A stretch of 64,000 nt of DNA from an uncultured Acidimicrobiales bacterium. GTDB lineage: Bacteria > Actinomycetota > Acidimicrobiia > Acidimicrobiales > CAWCAL01. Location of the stretch: assembly GCA_963695075.1 (NCBI GenBank), contig CAVOFR010000008.1, forward strand, positions 471,975 to 535,974, in the 5' to 3' direction. Under the pieces are notes generated by a model that was not told where the DNA came from, did not search any database, and saw only the letters and a list, made by a program, of their open reading frames with translations. Numbering within the stretch: position 1 is the first letter of the stretch; every line of letters begins with the position of its first letter. This document shows, piece after piece, positions 8,316 through 17,251 of this stretch. The position numbers and the translations under genes were made by a program.

Positions 8316-9386
8316 ATGATCGAGGGGCTGGTCGGTCTGGTGCTCGTCGGTGGGGCGAGCCGCCGCATGGGCGTCGACAAGGCGCTCCTCGAGTTCGAGG
8401 GGTCGCCACTGGGTAGACGTTCGGTGGATGCGCTGACCGCCGCCGGCATCACCGAGGTGTGGGTGGTCGGTGGGACCGACGCGCACAGCCGGGCCCTGGG
8501 CGCGAACCAGCTACCCGACGAGGACCCGGGCAGCGGTCCGCTGCCCGCGATCGCCGGCGCCTGGCGGCGCCTGGGCGATGTCGATCTGCTGGTGCTGCCC
8601 TGCGATCTCGCTCGTATCGGCCCGGCCGACGTCAAGCGAATCATCGAGGCCGCCGAGGAAACGACAACCGATCTGATGTTTGCCACCAGCGGTGGTCGAC
8701 GCCAATACCCCATCGGACTCTGGCGTCACTCGGCCCGCAGCTCTGTCATCGCTGCGGTCGATCGCGGTCGGCGCGACTTCGCGTCAGCGGTCCGCGGGCT
8801 CACGCTCGGCACCGTCGAAGGCGGTCGCACCGTCGCCGATTCCGATCGGCCCGAGGAGCTCCCCTCCCACCGGCCCGATCCGGTGGCCGTCTCGGTTGTC
8901 GGTCCGTCCGGCAGCGGGAAGACCACCCTCATCGTGGCGCTCATCTCCGAGCTCACCGGGCGCGGCCACCAGGTGCATGCCATCAAACACGAGGCGCATC
9001 GGGTCGAGCTCGACACGCCGGGGAAGGACACTTGGCGATTCCGGCAATCCGGGGCCGCGTCGACGATCCTGGTGGGCGACGACCAGGTGGCCTGGTTCGC
9101 CGAGCACGTCCCCCTCCCCGACCTTTCTTCGCTCCTGCACTTCATGGCCCCCGGGGACGCGATCGTCCTCGTGGAAGGATTCCGGGGGGCGGGTCTCCCG
9201 TGCATCGTCGTGGGCGATCCCGGCGATCCGAGCCGATGGGAGCCACCGCAGCCGGAGGTCCGGCTGACGAGCATCGCATCGCTCGACGACACGGCGCCGG
9301 ACGCGTCCTGGCCGTCTGAGATCGTCGGTGAGCTCGCCGATCGGTTGGAGCAACTCGTCGCACAGCGACCCGACCACGAGGATTGA
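8316..9386 (+). CDS. mobA: molybdenum cofactor guanylyltransferase MobA fused to MobB
   Basis: N-terminus LVLVGGASRRMGVDKALL (MobA nucleotide-binding motif). C-terminal half has the P-loop VVGPSGSGKTTLIVAL plus HAIKHEAH...DTPGKDTWRF, typical of MobB. Confidence 0.85.
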   Translation: MIEGLVGLVLVGGASRRMGVDKALLEFEGSPLGRRSVDALTAAGITEVWVVGGTDAHSRALGANQLPDEDPGSGPLPAIAGAWRRLGDVDLLVLPCDLARIGPADVKRIIEAAEETTTDLMFATSGGRRQYPIGLWRHSARSSVIAAVDRGRRDFASAVRGLTLGTVEGGRTVADSDRPEELPSHRPDPVAVSVVGPSGSGKTTLIVALISELTGRGHQVHAIKHEAHRVELDTPGKDTWRFRQSGAASTILVGDDQVAWFAEHVPLPDLSSLLHFMAPGDAIVLVEGFRGAGLPCIVVGDPGDPSRWEPPQPEVRLTSIASLDDTAPDASWPSEIVGELADRLEQLVAQRPDHED

Positions 9387-9470
9387 CGAACCCGACATCG
9401 CAGGCCACCTCTCCCCCGACGGGACTCTCCGGGTGGGCTCGGCGATCATCGGACGATCACACTGGGGGTC

Positions 9471-10727
9471 ATGGGATGGATCTATCTCGTCGTCTCGATC
9501 AACGGTGCCGCGTACACCCTCACCGCCTACAGGCCACCCCGAAAGAGCCGAGTGCTCTACGGGTGGAGCTTCTTCGCGTCCTGGATCACCATCGAGATGG
9601 CCCCCCTGCACCTGATCTGGCAGATCGTCGCCACCGGGATCTTCGCCTGGAAGGGTGCGCTGCGGACCACTCCGGGGCGGCTCGGACTGGCGATCACCCT
9701 GTCCTCGTGGGTCGGCCTCGCCATCTCGATCCGGAGGAGCTTCGCCGCCCGCCACGAGATTCGTGACGCACTCCGCGATCTGGATCACGACGGATCGACC
9801 ACGCCGCCTCAGGGTGTGCGCGTCGAGCGGCACATCACGTTCGGACGGGCCGGAGGACGCAACCTCAAGCTCGATGTACACGCGCCCGAGACGCCCGCCG
9901 AACCGGGCCGGCGCCGCCCCGCACTCGTCCAGATCCACGGTGGCGGTTGGGTCATCGGCTTCAAGGACCGGCAGGGCCAACTCCTGATGAACCGACTCGC
10001 CTCGCAGGGCTGGGTCTGTTTCAACGTCGACTACCGACTCAGCCCCATGGCCACCTTCCCCGACCACCTGATCGATGTGAAGCGCGCCATCGCGTGGATT
10101 CGCGAGCATGCCGACGAGTACGGCATCGATCCCGACTTCATCGCCGTCACCGGAGGCTCAGCCGGTGGTCACCTGGCCACGCTCACCGCGCTCACCCACG
10201 GCCGCGAGGAGTACCAGCCCGGTTTCGAGGACGCCGACACATCGGTCCAGGCGGCCGTCCCCTTCTACGGCGTGTACGACTTCACCAATCGCAACGGCGC
10301 CTGGCCCGAGGAGACGGTGCCCTGGTTCCTGGCACCCGTCGTGATGAAGCTCGATCCCGATGAGGATCCCGAGGCCTGGGCCGCGGCTTCCCCTCTCGAC
10401 CAGGTCCGGGCCGAAGCACCGCCGTTCTTCGTCGTCCACGGCGACATCGACGTCCTGGCGCCCGTCGAGGACGCCCGGGACTTCGTCGAGCGGATGCGGG
10501 CCGTGTCGAACGAGCCCGTGTACTACCTCGAGCTGAAGGGCGCCCAGCACGCCTTCGAGATGTTCGCCTCGGTGCGGGCCAACGCCGTCGTGGATGCGGC
10601 GGCCCGCTTCCTCGATGCCGTCCATCACGCTCACGTGCACGCCGGCGTGCCCCTGCCCAGCGCCGAGGAAGTGCGGGCAGCGGTCGCCGAAGAGCTCGGT
10701 TCGGACACCGCGGGAACCCTCAGCTGA
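9471..10727 (+). CDS. membrane-anchored alpha/beta hydrolase (HGGG-type esterase/lipase)
   Basis: Three or four N-terminal TM helices, oxyanion motif VQIHGGGW, nucleophile elbow GGSAGGHL, and a late HGDIDVLAPV. Confidence 0.85.
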   Translation: MGWIYLVVSINGAAYTLTAYRPPRKSRVLYGWSFFASWITIEMAPLHLIWQIVATGIFAWKGALRTTPGRLGLAITLSSWVGLAISIRRSFAARHEIRDALRDLDHDGSTTPPQGVRVERHITFGRAGGRNLKLDVHAPETPAEPGRRRPALVQIHGGGWVIGFKDRQGQLLMNRLASQGWVCFNVDYRLSPMATFPDHLIDVKRAIAWIREHADEYGIDPDFIAVTGGSAGGHLATLTALTHGREEYQPGFEDADTSVQAAVPFYGVYDFTNRNGAWPEETVPWFLAPVVMKLDPDEDPEAWAAASPLDQVRAEAPPFFVVHGDIDVLAPVEDARDFVERMRAVSNEPVYYLELKGAQHAFEMFASVRANAVVDAAARFLDAVHHAHVHAGVPLPSAEEVRAAVAEELGSDTAGTLS

Positions 10728-10735
10728 GGCGCAGC

Positions 10736-10771
10736 CAGTGCGTTGGGGGTCTGTCCCCCGGTAACGCACTC
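10736..10771. repeat. 36-nt intergenic palindromic hairpin element, copy 2 (probable bidirectional terminator)
   Basis: CAGTGCGTTGGGGGTCTGTCCCCCGGTAACGCACTC. It differs from copy 1 at only two positions, and those two positions pair with each other (C-G in copy 1, G-C here). It sits between convergent stops at 10727 and 10770. Confidence 0.7.
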
Positions 10772-11546
10772 AGGTGGGTGCCGGCACCTCGGCCATGAAG
10801 TCCCGCACCATCTCCGGCCATGCGGAGAGGTCGTCCGCCGCGATGTGCAGCTCGGCGTTGGGCATGGCGGAGGCCAGCTCCCGAGCCACCCCCAAGGGAT
10901 GAGTCCGGTCCCCGGGCCAGGCGAGGATGAGCGTGGGAGCATCGATTCGCTCCAGGTCTCCCAGCGGGGGGAGATCGCTCCTCGCCGCTCCCCGCAGGGC
11001 CAAGCCGATGCGACGGGCTCCGCTGCGGGACACCTGGTCGAACACCGCGGCGGTGAGGGCCTCTCTGGTACCCGGCTCGGGCCGGGATCGGCGGAAGCGG
11101 AGCCCGAACGTCAACGGAGCGAGGAGACGTGCTGACGCCGCAAACCCGGCTCCCCCGTACATGACCCGTTGCAGGAACCGCGACTCCCACGCCGTCGGCG
11201 GGATGACGAGGATGAGGCCGCGCACGCGTTCCGGTGCCAGGTGGGCAGCCCAGAGAGCGGTCGCCGCGCCCATCGACGCGCCTCCGAACACCGCGGTGGG
11301 CACACCTCGTGCGGCCGCTACGTTCAGCATGTCGATCGCCAACGACTCCCAACGCTGCTGGTCGACACCGTCGGCGTCGGGTGACCGACCGTGCGACCGT
11401 GCGTCGTATCGGATGAGCCTGGCTCCGGCGCCGGACCAGTCGAAGAGCCCTGATCGGCGCTCGGCCTCCATCGAGGCGAGCAGGGCATGACCCCAGACGA
11501 GTGGAGGGCCCTCTCCGGACACCTCCACGTCGAGCTCGGCGCCCAC
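10770..11546 (-). CDS. alpha/beta hydrolase
   Basis: GPPLVWGHALLAS..., nucleophile elbow GGASMGAATAL, and C-terminal LAWPGDRTHP. The only plausible start is GTG 11546, 3 nt after the stop of the upstream gene. The track ORF's upstream 73 aa overlap that gene. Confidence 0.7.
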   Translation of the reverse strand: MGAELDVEVSGEGPPLVWGHALLASMEAERRSGLFDWSGAGARLIRYDARSHGRSPDADGVDQQRWESLAIDMLNVAAARGVPTAVFGGASMGAATALWAAHLAPERVRGLILVIPPTAWESRFLQRVMYGGAGFAASARLLAPLTFGLRFRRSRPEPGTREALTAAVFDQVSRSGARRIGLALRGAARSDLPPLGDLERIDAPTLILAWPGDRTHPLGVARELASAMPNAELHIAADDLSAWPEMVRDFMAEVPAPT

Positions 11547-11548
11547 CG

Positions 11549-12472
11549 TCAGACCACCAGATCGACGGGCCAGAGATCGAGCAGGACCTCCAGGACGTCG
11601 TCGGCGATCATCAGTCCTCCGAGATGGCTCTCCGCGTGCCGGATCTCGAGCGTGGAGTCGGGGACCAGCTCGGCCATCCGCTCGGCGTGCGCGACCGGGA
11701 CGATCGGATCGGCGTCTCCCTGCCAGAACCGGATCGGCACCTTGATGTCGGCCAGATCGAAACCCCACGGCTTGCTGAACAGCAGGATGTCGAAGAACAG
11801 CGAGTGGAGCCCACGGGTGGCGCCGTGGGCGATGTCATCGAGGAACATGTCCTTCATCTCGGGTTCGGCGAAGACCTCCCGGTCGCCCTCGGGGAAGACG
11901 CGGGTGGCCAGTCCGAACGCCTGGGACGACACGGGTCGGAGAACCTGGACGGTCGCGCCGAACGCCGTGCCCATCGGGGCACGGAAGAGACGGATCACGC
12001 GTTGGAAGCGTTGCGCCAACCGGATCATTCCGCCTTCGGGTGCCTCGGATCCGGTCGTGGGAGCGACGCCTCCGAGAATCGCTCCGGCGACCATGCGCTC
12101 GGGATGGGCCGCCGCGCAGGCGAGCACATAGGGGCCTCCGCCGGAGAGGCCGATCGCCGCATACTCTTCAACCCCCAGATGGTCCAGGACCGTCTCCACG
12201 TCGTCGGACCAGTCGAGTACCCGGTCGTAGAAGTGCGGGGTCGAGTCACCCGCCCCGGGCCGTTCCAGCCCGATCAGGCGGACTCCCTCCTCATGGGCCA
12301 GTCGGCGGGCCGGCGGCGGCAGCTGCCGGCGGGCGCCCGGTGTGCCGTGGAACCACAGAACGGTCCGGCCGTTCGGCTTGCCGTACTCAGCGAATCCCAG
12401 GAAACGGCCGTCCTCGAGCGTGACCGTTCCCTCCAGACGGGGAGGGTGGACGTGAGGTAGAACGTGTTCCAT
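11549..12472 (-). CDS. alpha/beta hydrolase
   Basis: MEHVLPHVHPP...VLWFHGTPGARR, GLSGGGPYV (G-x-S-x-G), WQGDADPIVP and a C-terminal His (AESHLGG). Start at ATG 12472. Confidence 0.85.
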   Translation of the reverse strand: MEHVLPHVHPPRLEGTVTLEDGRFLGFAEYGKPNGRTVLWFHGTPGARRQLPPPARRLAHEEGVRLIGLERPGAGDSTPHFYDRVLDWSDDVETVLDHLGVEEYAAIGLSGGGPYVLACAAAHPERMVAGAILGGVAPTTGSEAPEGGMIRLAQRFQRVIRLFRAPMGTAFGATVQVLRPVSSQAFGLATRVFPEGDREVFAEPEMKDMFLDDIAHGATRGLHSLFFDILLFSKPWGFDLADIKVPIRFWQGDADPIVPVAHAERMAELVPDSTLEIRHAESHLGGLMIADDVLEVLLDLWPVDLVV

Positions 12473-12526
12473 TTTTTCAGTCTTCCACGACCGGGCCCGG
12501 CAGGCAAGGATCGGTGACCCCATGAG

Positions 12527-13360
12527 CTACTCCGGTGGGACGAAGAGCACCGAACAACCGGCCCCATGGAGGATCTTCAGCGCAACACCGCCGACCCGTC
12601 GCTTGGATCGGCCACCCACCTTCTTCGTGCCGACCACGAGCAGATCGATCTCCTCCCGTTCGACGACCCCGAGGAGCCCTTCGGCCGGGGAGAGAGCCCG
12701 TTCGGCAACGGCGGTGAACGAGACCCCGGTGTCGATCACGGGAGCAGCCCACTCCTCGATCTCGGCTTCGACCCTTCGACGCCAGTTCCTCGGGCTGAGA
12801 TCGTAGGTCCATTCGACCACCGGCTCGACCACGGACACACCGACGACCGAGGCCGCCAGTGGCACGGCGAACCCGGCGCACCAGCGGGCGGCGGCGAGCG
12901 ACTCCGGCGATCCGTCGACACCGAGCGCGATCCGCGCCACGGGAACACCGCCGCCGGTCACCACCGCCAGGGGATGCGTCGCATGGTGAGCCAGGTACTC
13001 GGCCACGCTCCTGAGATGCAGGAAACCGGGGCCCGCCGATTCGCTGGCCCGCCCGACGACGATGAGGTCGGCTCCAGTGTCGTCCGCACGGCCCATCAGA
13101 GCCTCCCGCGGATCGCCCTCGGTGACCACAACGTCGACCTCGACGCCAGCCGCGACCGCCGGGGCGATCCAGGACTCCAGCTCGGCGCCGATGCCGTCCC
13201 TGACCATCCGCTCCTGATCGATCGGGAGCTCGTGGAGCCCTTCGGGCACGGCGTGCACCGCTGCCAGGGTCGCCCCGCCGGCGCTGGCGACCGCCGTGGC
13301 CCACCTCACCGCTCCCTCAGACTCGGTGGACACGTCCACCCCGACGACGATCTGGTCCAT
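12527..13360 (-). CDS. universal stress protein, tandem Usp domains
   Basis: Two repeats: IVVGVDVSTESEGAVRWA...GSVAEYLAHHATHPLAVV and IALGVDGSPESLAAARWC...VGGVALKILHGAGCSVLFVP. Start at MDQIVVGV (ATG 13360). Confidence 0.85.
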   Translation of the reverse strand: MDQIVVGVDVSTESEGAVRWATAVASAGGATLAAVHAVPEGLHELPIDQERMVRDGIGAELESWIAPAVAAGVEVDVVVTEGDPREALMGRADDTGADLIVVGRASESAGPGFLHLRSVAEYLAHHATHPLAVVTGGGVPVARIALGVDGSPESLAAARWCAGFAVPLAASVVGVSVVEPVVEWTYDLSPRNWRRRVEAEIEEWAAPVIDTGVSFTAVAERALSPAEGLLGVVEREEIDLLVVGTKKVGGRSKRRVGGVALKILHGAGCSVLFVPPE

Positions 13361-13453
13361 GGTCGGCCTCCCCGGTCGCAGATCCGCATACGCACGGATG
13401 GATGAAGCGTCGCGCTCCGGCCCGGCGCGGCCCAGGGTCAAACGTCCTGGGAG

Positions 13454-13705
13454 CTACTCGTCGGCGGCTGGAGCCCAGATGTCGACGGCAGCGAAGGGAT
13501 CCCGCGGGTCGGCGGGAGGCTTCCACGGGGCGATCGACTCGTCCGACGGCTCTTCGACCGCGGCCAGGTCGTCCGGGGGCACGAAGTCCTCGTCGGAGCC
13601 TCCGGACGAATCGCCGGGGAGCCCTCCCAGCAGTTTGGCCCCGGCCAGGACCATCGTGAAGGCGAGGGCGACGAGGAGCTTCTTCGAGGGGCGCTCAGGC
13701 TTCAT
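13454..13705 (-). CDS. small membrane-anchored acidic/proline-rich protein, possible minimal PilP analogue
   Basis: 83 aa; overlaps the pilO stop by 11 nt, so likely co-translated with the operon. One N-terminal TM helix (LLVALAFTMVLAGAKLL), then a disordered D/E/P-rich tail ending ...PPADPRDPFAAVDIW. Confidence 0.45.
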   Translation of the reverse strand: MKPERPSKKLLVALAFTMVLAGAKLLGGLPGDSSGGSDEDFVPPDDLAAVEEPSDESIAPWKPPADPRDPFAAVDIWAPAADE

Positions 13706-14321
13706 CGGTCACCTCGATCCCCTCCTCGCCCTCCAGGCCTTCCGAATCGAGATCGGCCGGAGCGATCGAACGATCGGTGGTGAAAATCCGCAGCTCCAGA
13801 TCCAGAGTCACCACCGAGGGATCCTCCTCGTCGGCGTTGAAGCCGATGAGGTCAATCACGACGAGCCGATCGAGATCTCGCAGTCGGTCGACGAACCCGA
13901 CGAGCCGCTCGTAGCTCCCCGTCGCCCCGAGACTGATCGATGTCGATGCCGTCCCTCTCGGAAGGTCCCCCATGCTCGCCGGATCTAGGTCCGATGCGAT
14001 CGCTATCGGCGCGATCTGGTCGACGACGACGCCGCTCAGTGCGGCGGCGACACCCGCATCCTCCAGGAAGTCGTCGAGCTGCATCTCGGACGGAACCGCG
14101 GCCTCGCCGGCCTGGATCCGCCGGTCGAGCCCGTCGCTCGCGGCCGGAAGGTCCCTCACCGCCTGGAGCTCGCTCTGCAAATGGATCCGCTCGGCATCAG
14201 CTTCCTCCCGGCGCTCGTCCTCGGCCCCCTGCGCCCGGGCGGGCAGCCAGCCCGCGATGAGCCAGACCGTGATGACGACGGCGGTCGGACCGGCCACCCG
14301 AAGGACGGATCGAACCCGCAT
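13695..14321 (-). CDS. pilO: type IV pilus alignment subunit PilO
   Basis: N-terminal TM helix, coiled-coil (AERIHLQSELQAVRDL), then a PilO-type core (ISLGATGSYERLVGFVDRLRDLDRLVVIDLIGF...LDLELRIFTT). TGATG overlap with the upstream pilMN stop. Confidence 0.7.
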   Translation of the reverse strand: MRVRSVLRVAGPTAVVITVWLIAGWLPARAQGAEDERREEADAERIHLQSELQAVRDLPAASDGLDRRIQAGEAAVPSEMQLDDFLEDAGVAAALSGVVVDQIAPIAIASDLDPASMGDLPRGTASTSISLGATGSYERLVGFVDRLRDLDRLVVIDLIGFNADEEDPSVVTLDLELRIFTTDRSIAPADLDSEGLEGEEGIEVTDEA

Positions 14322-15991
14322 CACTCGGCCCCCACGGTCCGCACGGGAACGGCCGAGTTCACCAGAACGCCGTCGACGGTGAACACGACGGCGTTCTGAT
14401 CTCCTGCACCGAAGGGACCCAGGGCGGACTGAGCCAGCCAGATGCCGTCCAGCGACGGGATCTCCTCGGCCGACCGCATCCAGCGACCGACACCGTTCAG
14501 GTCGGCAGCCACTCCGGTCAGGGTCATCGTCGCCGGAGGGGGAGGACCCCCGTACCCGATGGGCACTTCCGCTCCCTGAGATCGCTGCACCCGCACCGAC
14601 TGGAGGTAGGTGTTGGTCGGCATCGCCTCGGCCAGCTGCCGGATGACCGTGGTGAAGCCGTAGTCCTCGGCCAGCAGGTCCCCGATCCGCTCGTCCTGGT
14701 CGTCGGCCAGGTCCTCCCGCGCCTGATCGTCCTCGAAGCTCGCGAGCTCCACCCGCACGGCCTCCAGGGTCGCTTCGGCCGCATCGGCGGCCGAAGCGGC
14801 ATCAGCGCTGATCGCCTGTCGACTCGTGGCGTCGGCGAAGAGGAGCGGAGAGAGGAGGATGGCGATCACCACTCCGACGGTGAGCAGCAAGCGGTCGGTG
14901 CGACGAGCCTGCTCGCTCTCGGGTACCAGGTCGAACGATCGTGCGCCCGCGGGCGAGGTCGCGGCCTGGGCCACCGCGACCGCATCGTCGAATTCCGCAG
15001 AGGCGGGGGCGCCCTCGGGCCACTGGGCCCGGTGATGGCGCAGGACCTCCGCGTTCGGGAACGCCTCTCCCATCTCGAGCGCCAAGCCGGCCGCCAGGGA
15101 CTGCGGCCCACAGAGCACGATACGTTCGACGGCTCGGTCGTCGACCTCGCTGGTGAAGTAGTGGAGCGTGCGCCGAACCCCCTCGACGACGGTCGCCACG
15201 CCGGATCCCGAGGCCGCGCCGGAGGGAGTCTGTGGCTCGCCGGACGGTCCCTCTCCACTGAGCCCGCTCAGTATCTCGAGCTCCATCTCGAGCGCATCGG
15301 AGATCGACGTGGACTCCTTGCTCACCCCGGCGGTGATACTCCTCGCGAAGAGCAGACCCGCCCGGTCGTGGACGACCACGTCCGTGGCGATCCTGGAGAC
15401 GTCGATCAACACACCGACGCCTCCCTCCCCCACAGCGGCCGACTCCGTGATGGATGGGACCAGAGCGGCGGGGACCGCTTCGGTCGACACCAGCTGTAGG
15501 CCGGCGCGCTCGCTCGCTTCCTTCTGGGCGAGGATGACGGCCTCCTCGACGGCGAGGATCAGCATGCTGACCGTCTCACCGTCGCTTTCGGGATCGAGCT
15601 TCCGCCCTCGCCCGACCTCGACGGCCGAGACGAGCGCCTGTTCGACCGGATAGCTCAGCAGCTCACCGATCTCGAAGACCGATGCCTGTTTCAGCTCGTT
15701 CTTGTCGAGCGCGGGGAACTCCGCACGGCGGATGACTGCGGCGCTCGTGTCGAGGCCGATGGCGATCCGCTTGGTCGAGAACCGGGCGTCGGCCCACAGC
15801 TGGCGCAGCGCGCCGGCGAACGCTTCGACATCGAGGATCTCCCCCCGTTCGACGACGCCGGGTGGCAGAGCGACCTCGCCGACCCTGACGACCTCGTCCT
15901 CGGCCTCGCGACCGAACCGCCGAGCCCCGCGCAGCTCGACCCCGCGAAGGGTCCGGGCATCGAAGGCTGCTCCGACCAGGTGATCAGGCAT
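14321..15991 (-). CDS. pilM: PilM-PilN fusion protein (actin-like ATPase fold + TM + PilN periplasmic domain)
   Basis: N-terminal ~350 aa are PilM-like (IAIGLDTSAAVIRRAEFPALDKNELKQASVFEIGELLSYPVEQALVS...IVLCGPQS). Then a TM helix (RTDRLLLTVGVVIAILLSPLLFA) and a PilN-like domain (LAEAMPTNTYLQSVRV...MTLTGVAADLNGVGRWMRSAEEIPSLDGIWL). Start at ATG 15991; the track start at 16030 is possible. Confidence 0.8.
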   Translation of the reverse strand: MPDHLVGAAFDARTLRGVELRGARRFGREAEDEVVRVGEVALPPGVVERGEILDVEAFAGALRQLWADARFSTKRIAIGLDTSAAVIRRAEFPALDKNELKQASVFEIGELLSYPVEQALVSAVEVGRGRKLDPESDGETVSMLILAVEEAVILAQKEASERAGLQLVSTEAVPAALVPSITESAAVGEGGVGVLIDVSRIATDVVVHDRAGLLFARSITAGVSKESTSISDALEMELEILSGLSGEGPSGEPQTPSGAASGSGVATVVEGVRRTLHYFTSEVDDRAVERIVLCGPQSLAAGLALEMGEAFPNAEVLRHHRAQWPEGAPASAEFDDAVAVAQAATSPAGARSFDLVPESEQARRTDRLLLTVGVVIAILLSPLLFADATSRQAISADAASAADAAEATLEAVRVELASFEDDQAREDLADDQDERIGDLLAEDYGFTTVIRQLAEAMPTNTYLQSVRVQRSQGAEVPIGYGGPPPPATMTLTGVAADLNGVGRWMRSAEEIPSLDGIWLAQSALGPFGAGDQNAVVFTVDGVLVNSAVPVRTVGAE

Positions 15992-16048
15992 GACTCGACC
16001 GTCGGGACGTTCGCGTCGCTCGGGGCGCATGCGGCTGACTGGGGAGCA

Positions 16049-16123
16049 TCGTCATCAATCGGACCACCCGGGCCGGGATTGAGGATTCGTCATCAATCGG
16101 ACCACCGACTCGGGATCGAGGAT
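16049..16123. repeat. two tandem ~38-bp direct repeats in the divergent pilMN / minor-pilin promoter region
   Basis: TCGTCATCAATCGGACCACC-CGGGCCGGGATTGAGGAT followed immediately by TCGTCATCAATCGGACCACC-GACTCGGGATCGAGGAT. The first 20 nt are identical, and a CGGGAT(T/C)GAGGAT tail is shared. Confidence 0.8.
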
Positions 16124-16173
16124 TCCTCGCGGCACTTCTCAGGGTGCTCCCCCTTTCGCCGATCATTCGAGTG

Positions 16174-16674
16174 ATGGATGCGGCGCGCCCGTCCGACCGG
16201 ACCGAACACGAGCGTGGTGCGACGATCGTCGAGATGATCGTCGCGACCATGATCCTGGCCGTGGGCGTGGTGGCCGTGGCGGGGTCCCTGAACACCGCAT
16301 CGAAGGCCGACAGCGTCGCCGATCACCGGACCGACGCCGCCCGGTTGATGACCACCGAGATCGAGACGATCCGCTCCCGGCCGTATGCCGAGATAGGGAT
16401 CGCCCCGTCGAGTCGCGGGTACCGACGCCACTTCGAGAACCGACCGACCGTCACCGAGGCGGTCAATCGCGTCGAGGCGTCCGGATCCGAGGAGATCGGC
16501 TCGGTCTCATACGAGATCGATCGCGACGTCACGTGGTCGGGCATCAGCGTCGGCGCCACATCGGTTCCCGAGGGGTACAAGGTCATCTCGATCCGGGTCA
16601 CCTGGTCCGACGCCGCCGGCACGCACGATCTGCGCCAGGACACCGGCCTCTACCGTCCGGACGCCAATGCGTGA
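16174..16674 (+). CDS. prepilin-type minor pilin (PilV-like)
   Basis: Class III signal: ...EHERG|ATIVEMIVATMILAVGVVAV, with Glu at +5 after the Gly. Followed by TDAARLMTTEIETIRSRPY, as in PilV-type proteins. Start ATG 16174 (GTG 16144/16171 are alternatives). Confidence 0.7.
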   Translation: MDAARPSDRTEHERGATIVEMIVATMILAVGVVAVAGSLNTASKADSVADHRTDAARLMTTEIETIRSRPYAEIGIAPSSRGYRRHFENRPTVTEAVNRVEASGSEEIGSVSYEIDRDVTWSGISVGATSVPEGYKVISIRVTWSDAAGTHDLRQDTGLYRPDANA

Positions 16675-17251
16675 TCGCGAGCGCGGCGCCGCCACGCTGT
16701 CCGAGGTGGTCGTCGTCCTGTCGATCGCCACCCTCCTGGCGGTTCCCCTGATGACGATGCTGCTCACGACCACCCGAGCGGAGGAACGCCAGACGAGCAG
16801 GAACGAGGCCAACCGCCAGCTCGAGTGGGCGTTCGGCCTGATCAGCGATGACATCAGGTCGTCCACACCGTCGAGCCGACTGCAGTCGGGCGACCATCCG
16901 GCGGACACGCTCGTGCTCTTCGTCGCCGGGAGCGGAAGCCCGGATCGCCTCGTCTACTGGAGGCTCGAAGGCGACGGCCTGGAGCGGACGGCTCTCGATC
17001 CGACCACGGGACGAGTGATCACCCGATCCACCGTGGCCGCCGACCTCCTCGCCGCCGGGGCGACCGCACCGTTCTCGTACTTCGACGCTTCCGGGTCCGA
17101 GCTCGACCCTCGGAGGACGGACCCGGAGACGATCGCGACCTGTACGACCCTGATCCGGGCCACCCTGGCCGCCGAGGTCGGCCAGCGGACCGTCTCCTCG
17201 GCGCTCTCCGCCGCACCCCGTTCCCGACCACCGGGAGGCAACGGATGCTGA
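16667..17251 (+). CDS. prepilin-type minor pilin (PilW-like pseudopilin)
   Basis: MRDRERGAATLSEVVVVLSIATLLAVPLM: Gly followed by a hydrophobic helix containing Glu. 8-nt overlap with the upstream gene. Confidence 0.6.
   Translation: MRDRERGAATLSEVVVVLSIATLLAVPLMTMLLTTTRAEERQTSRNEANRQLEWAFGLISDDIRSSTPSSRLQSGDHPADTLVLFVAGSGSPDRLVYWRLEGDGLERTALDPTTGRVITRSTVAADLLAAGATAPFSYFDASGSELDPRRTDPETIATCTTLIRATLAAEVGQRTVSSALSAAPRSRPPGGNGC

Noticed and set aside
16049-16123. Possible CRISPR-like array
   Set aside because: There are only two repeat units, directly abutting with no spacers, and no cas genes anywhere in the window. I treated it as a promoter-region tandem repeat instead.
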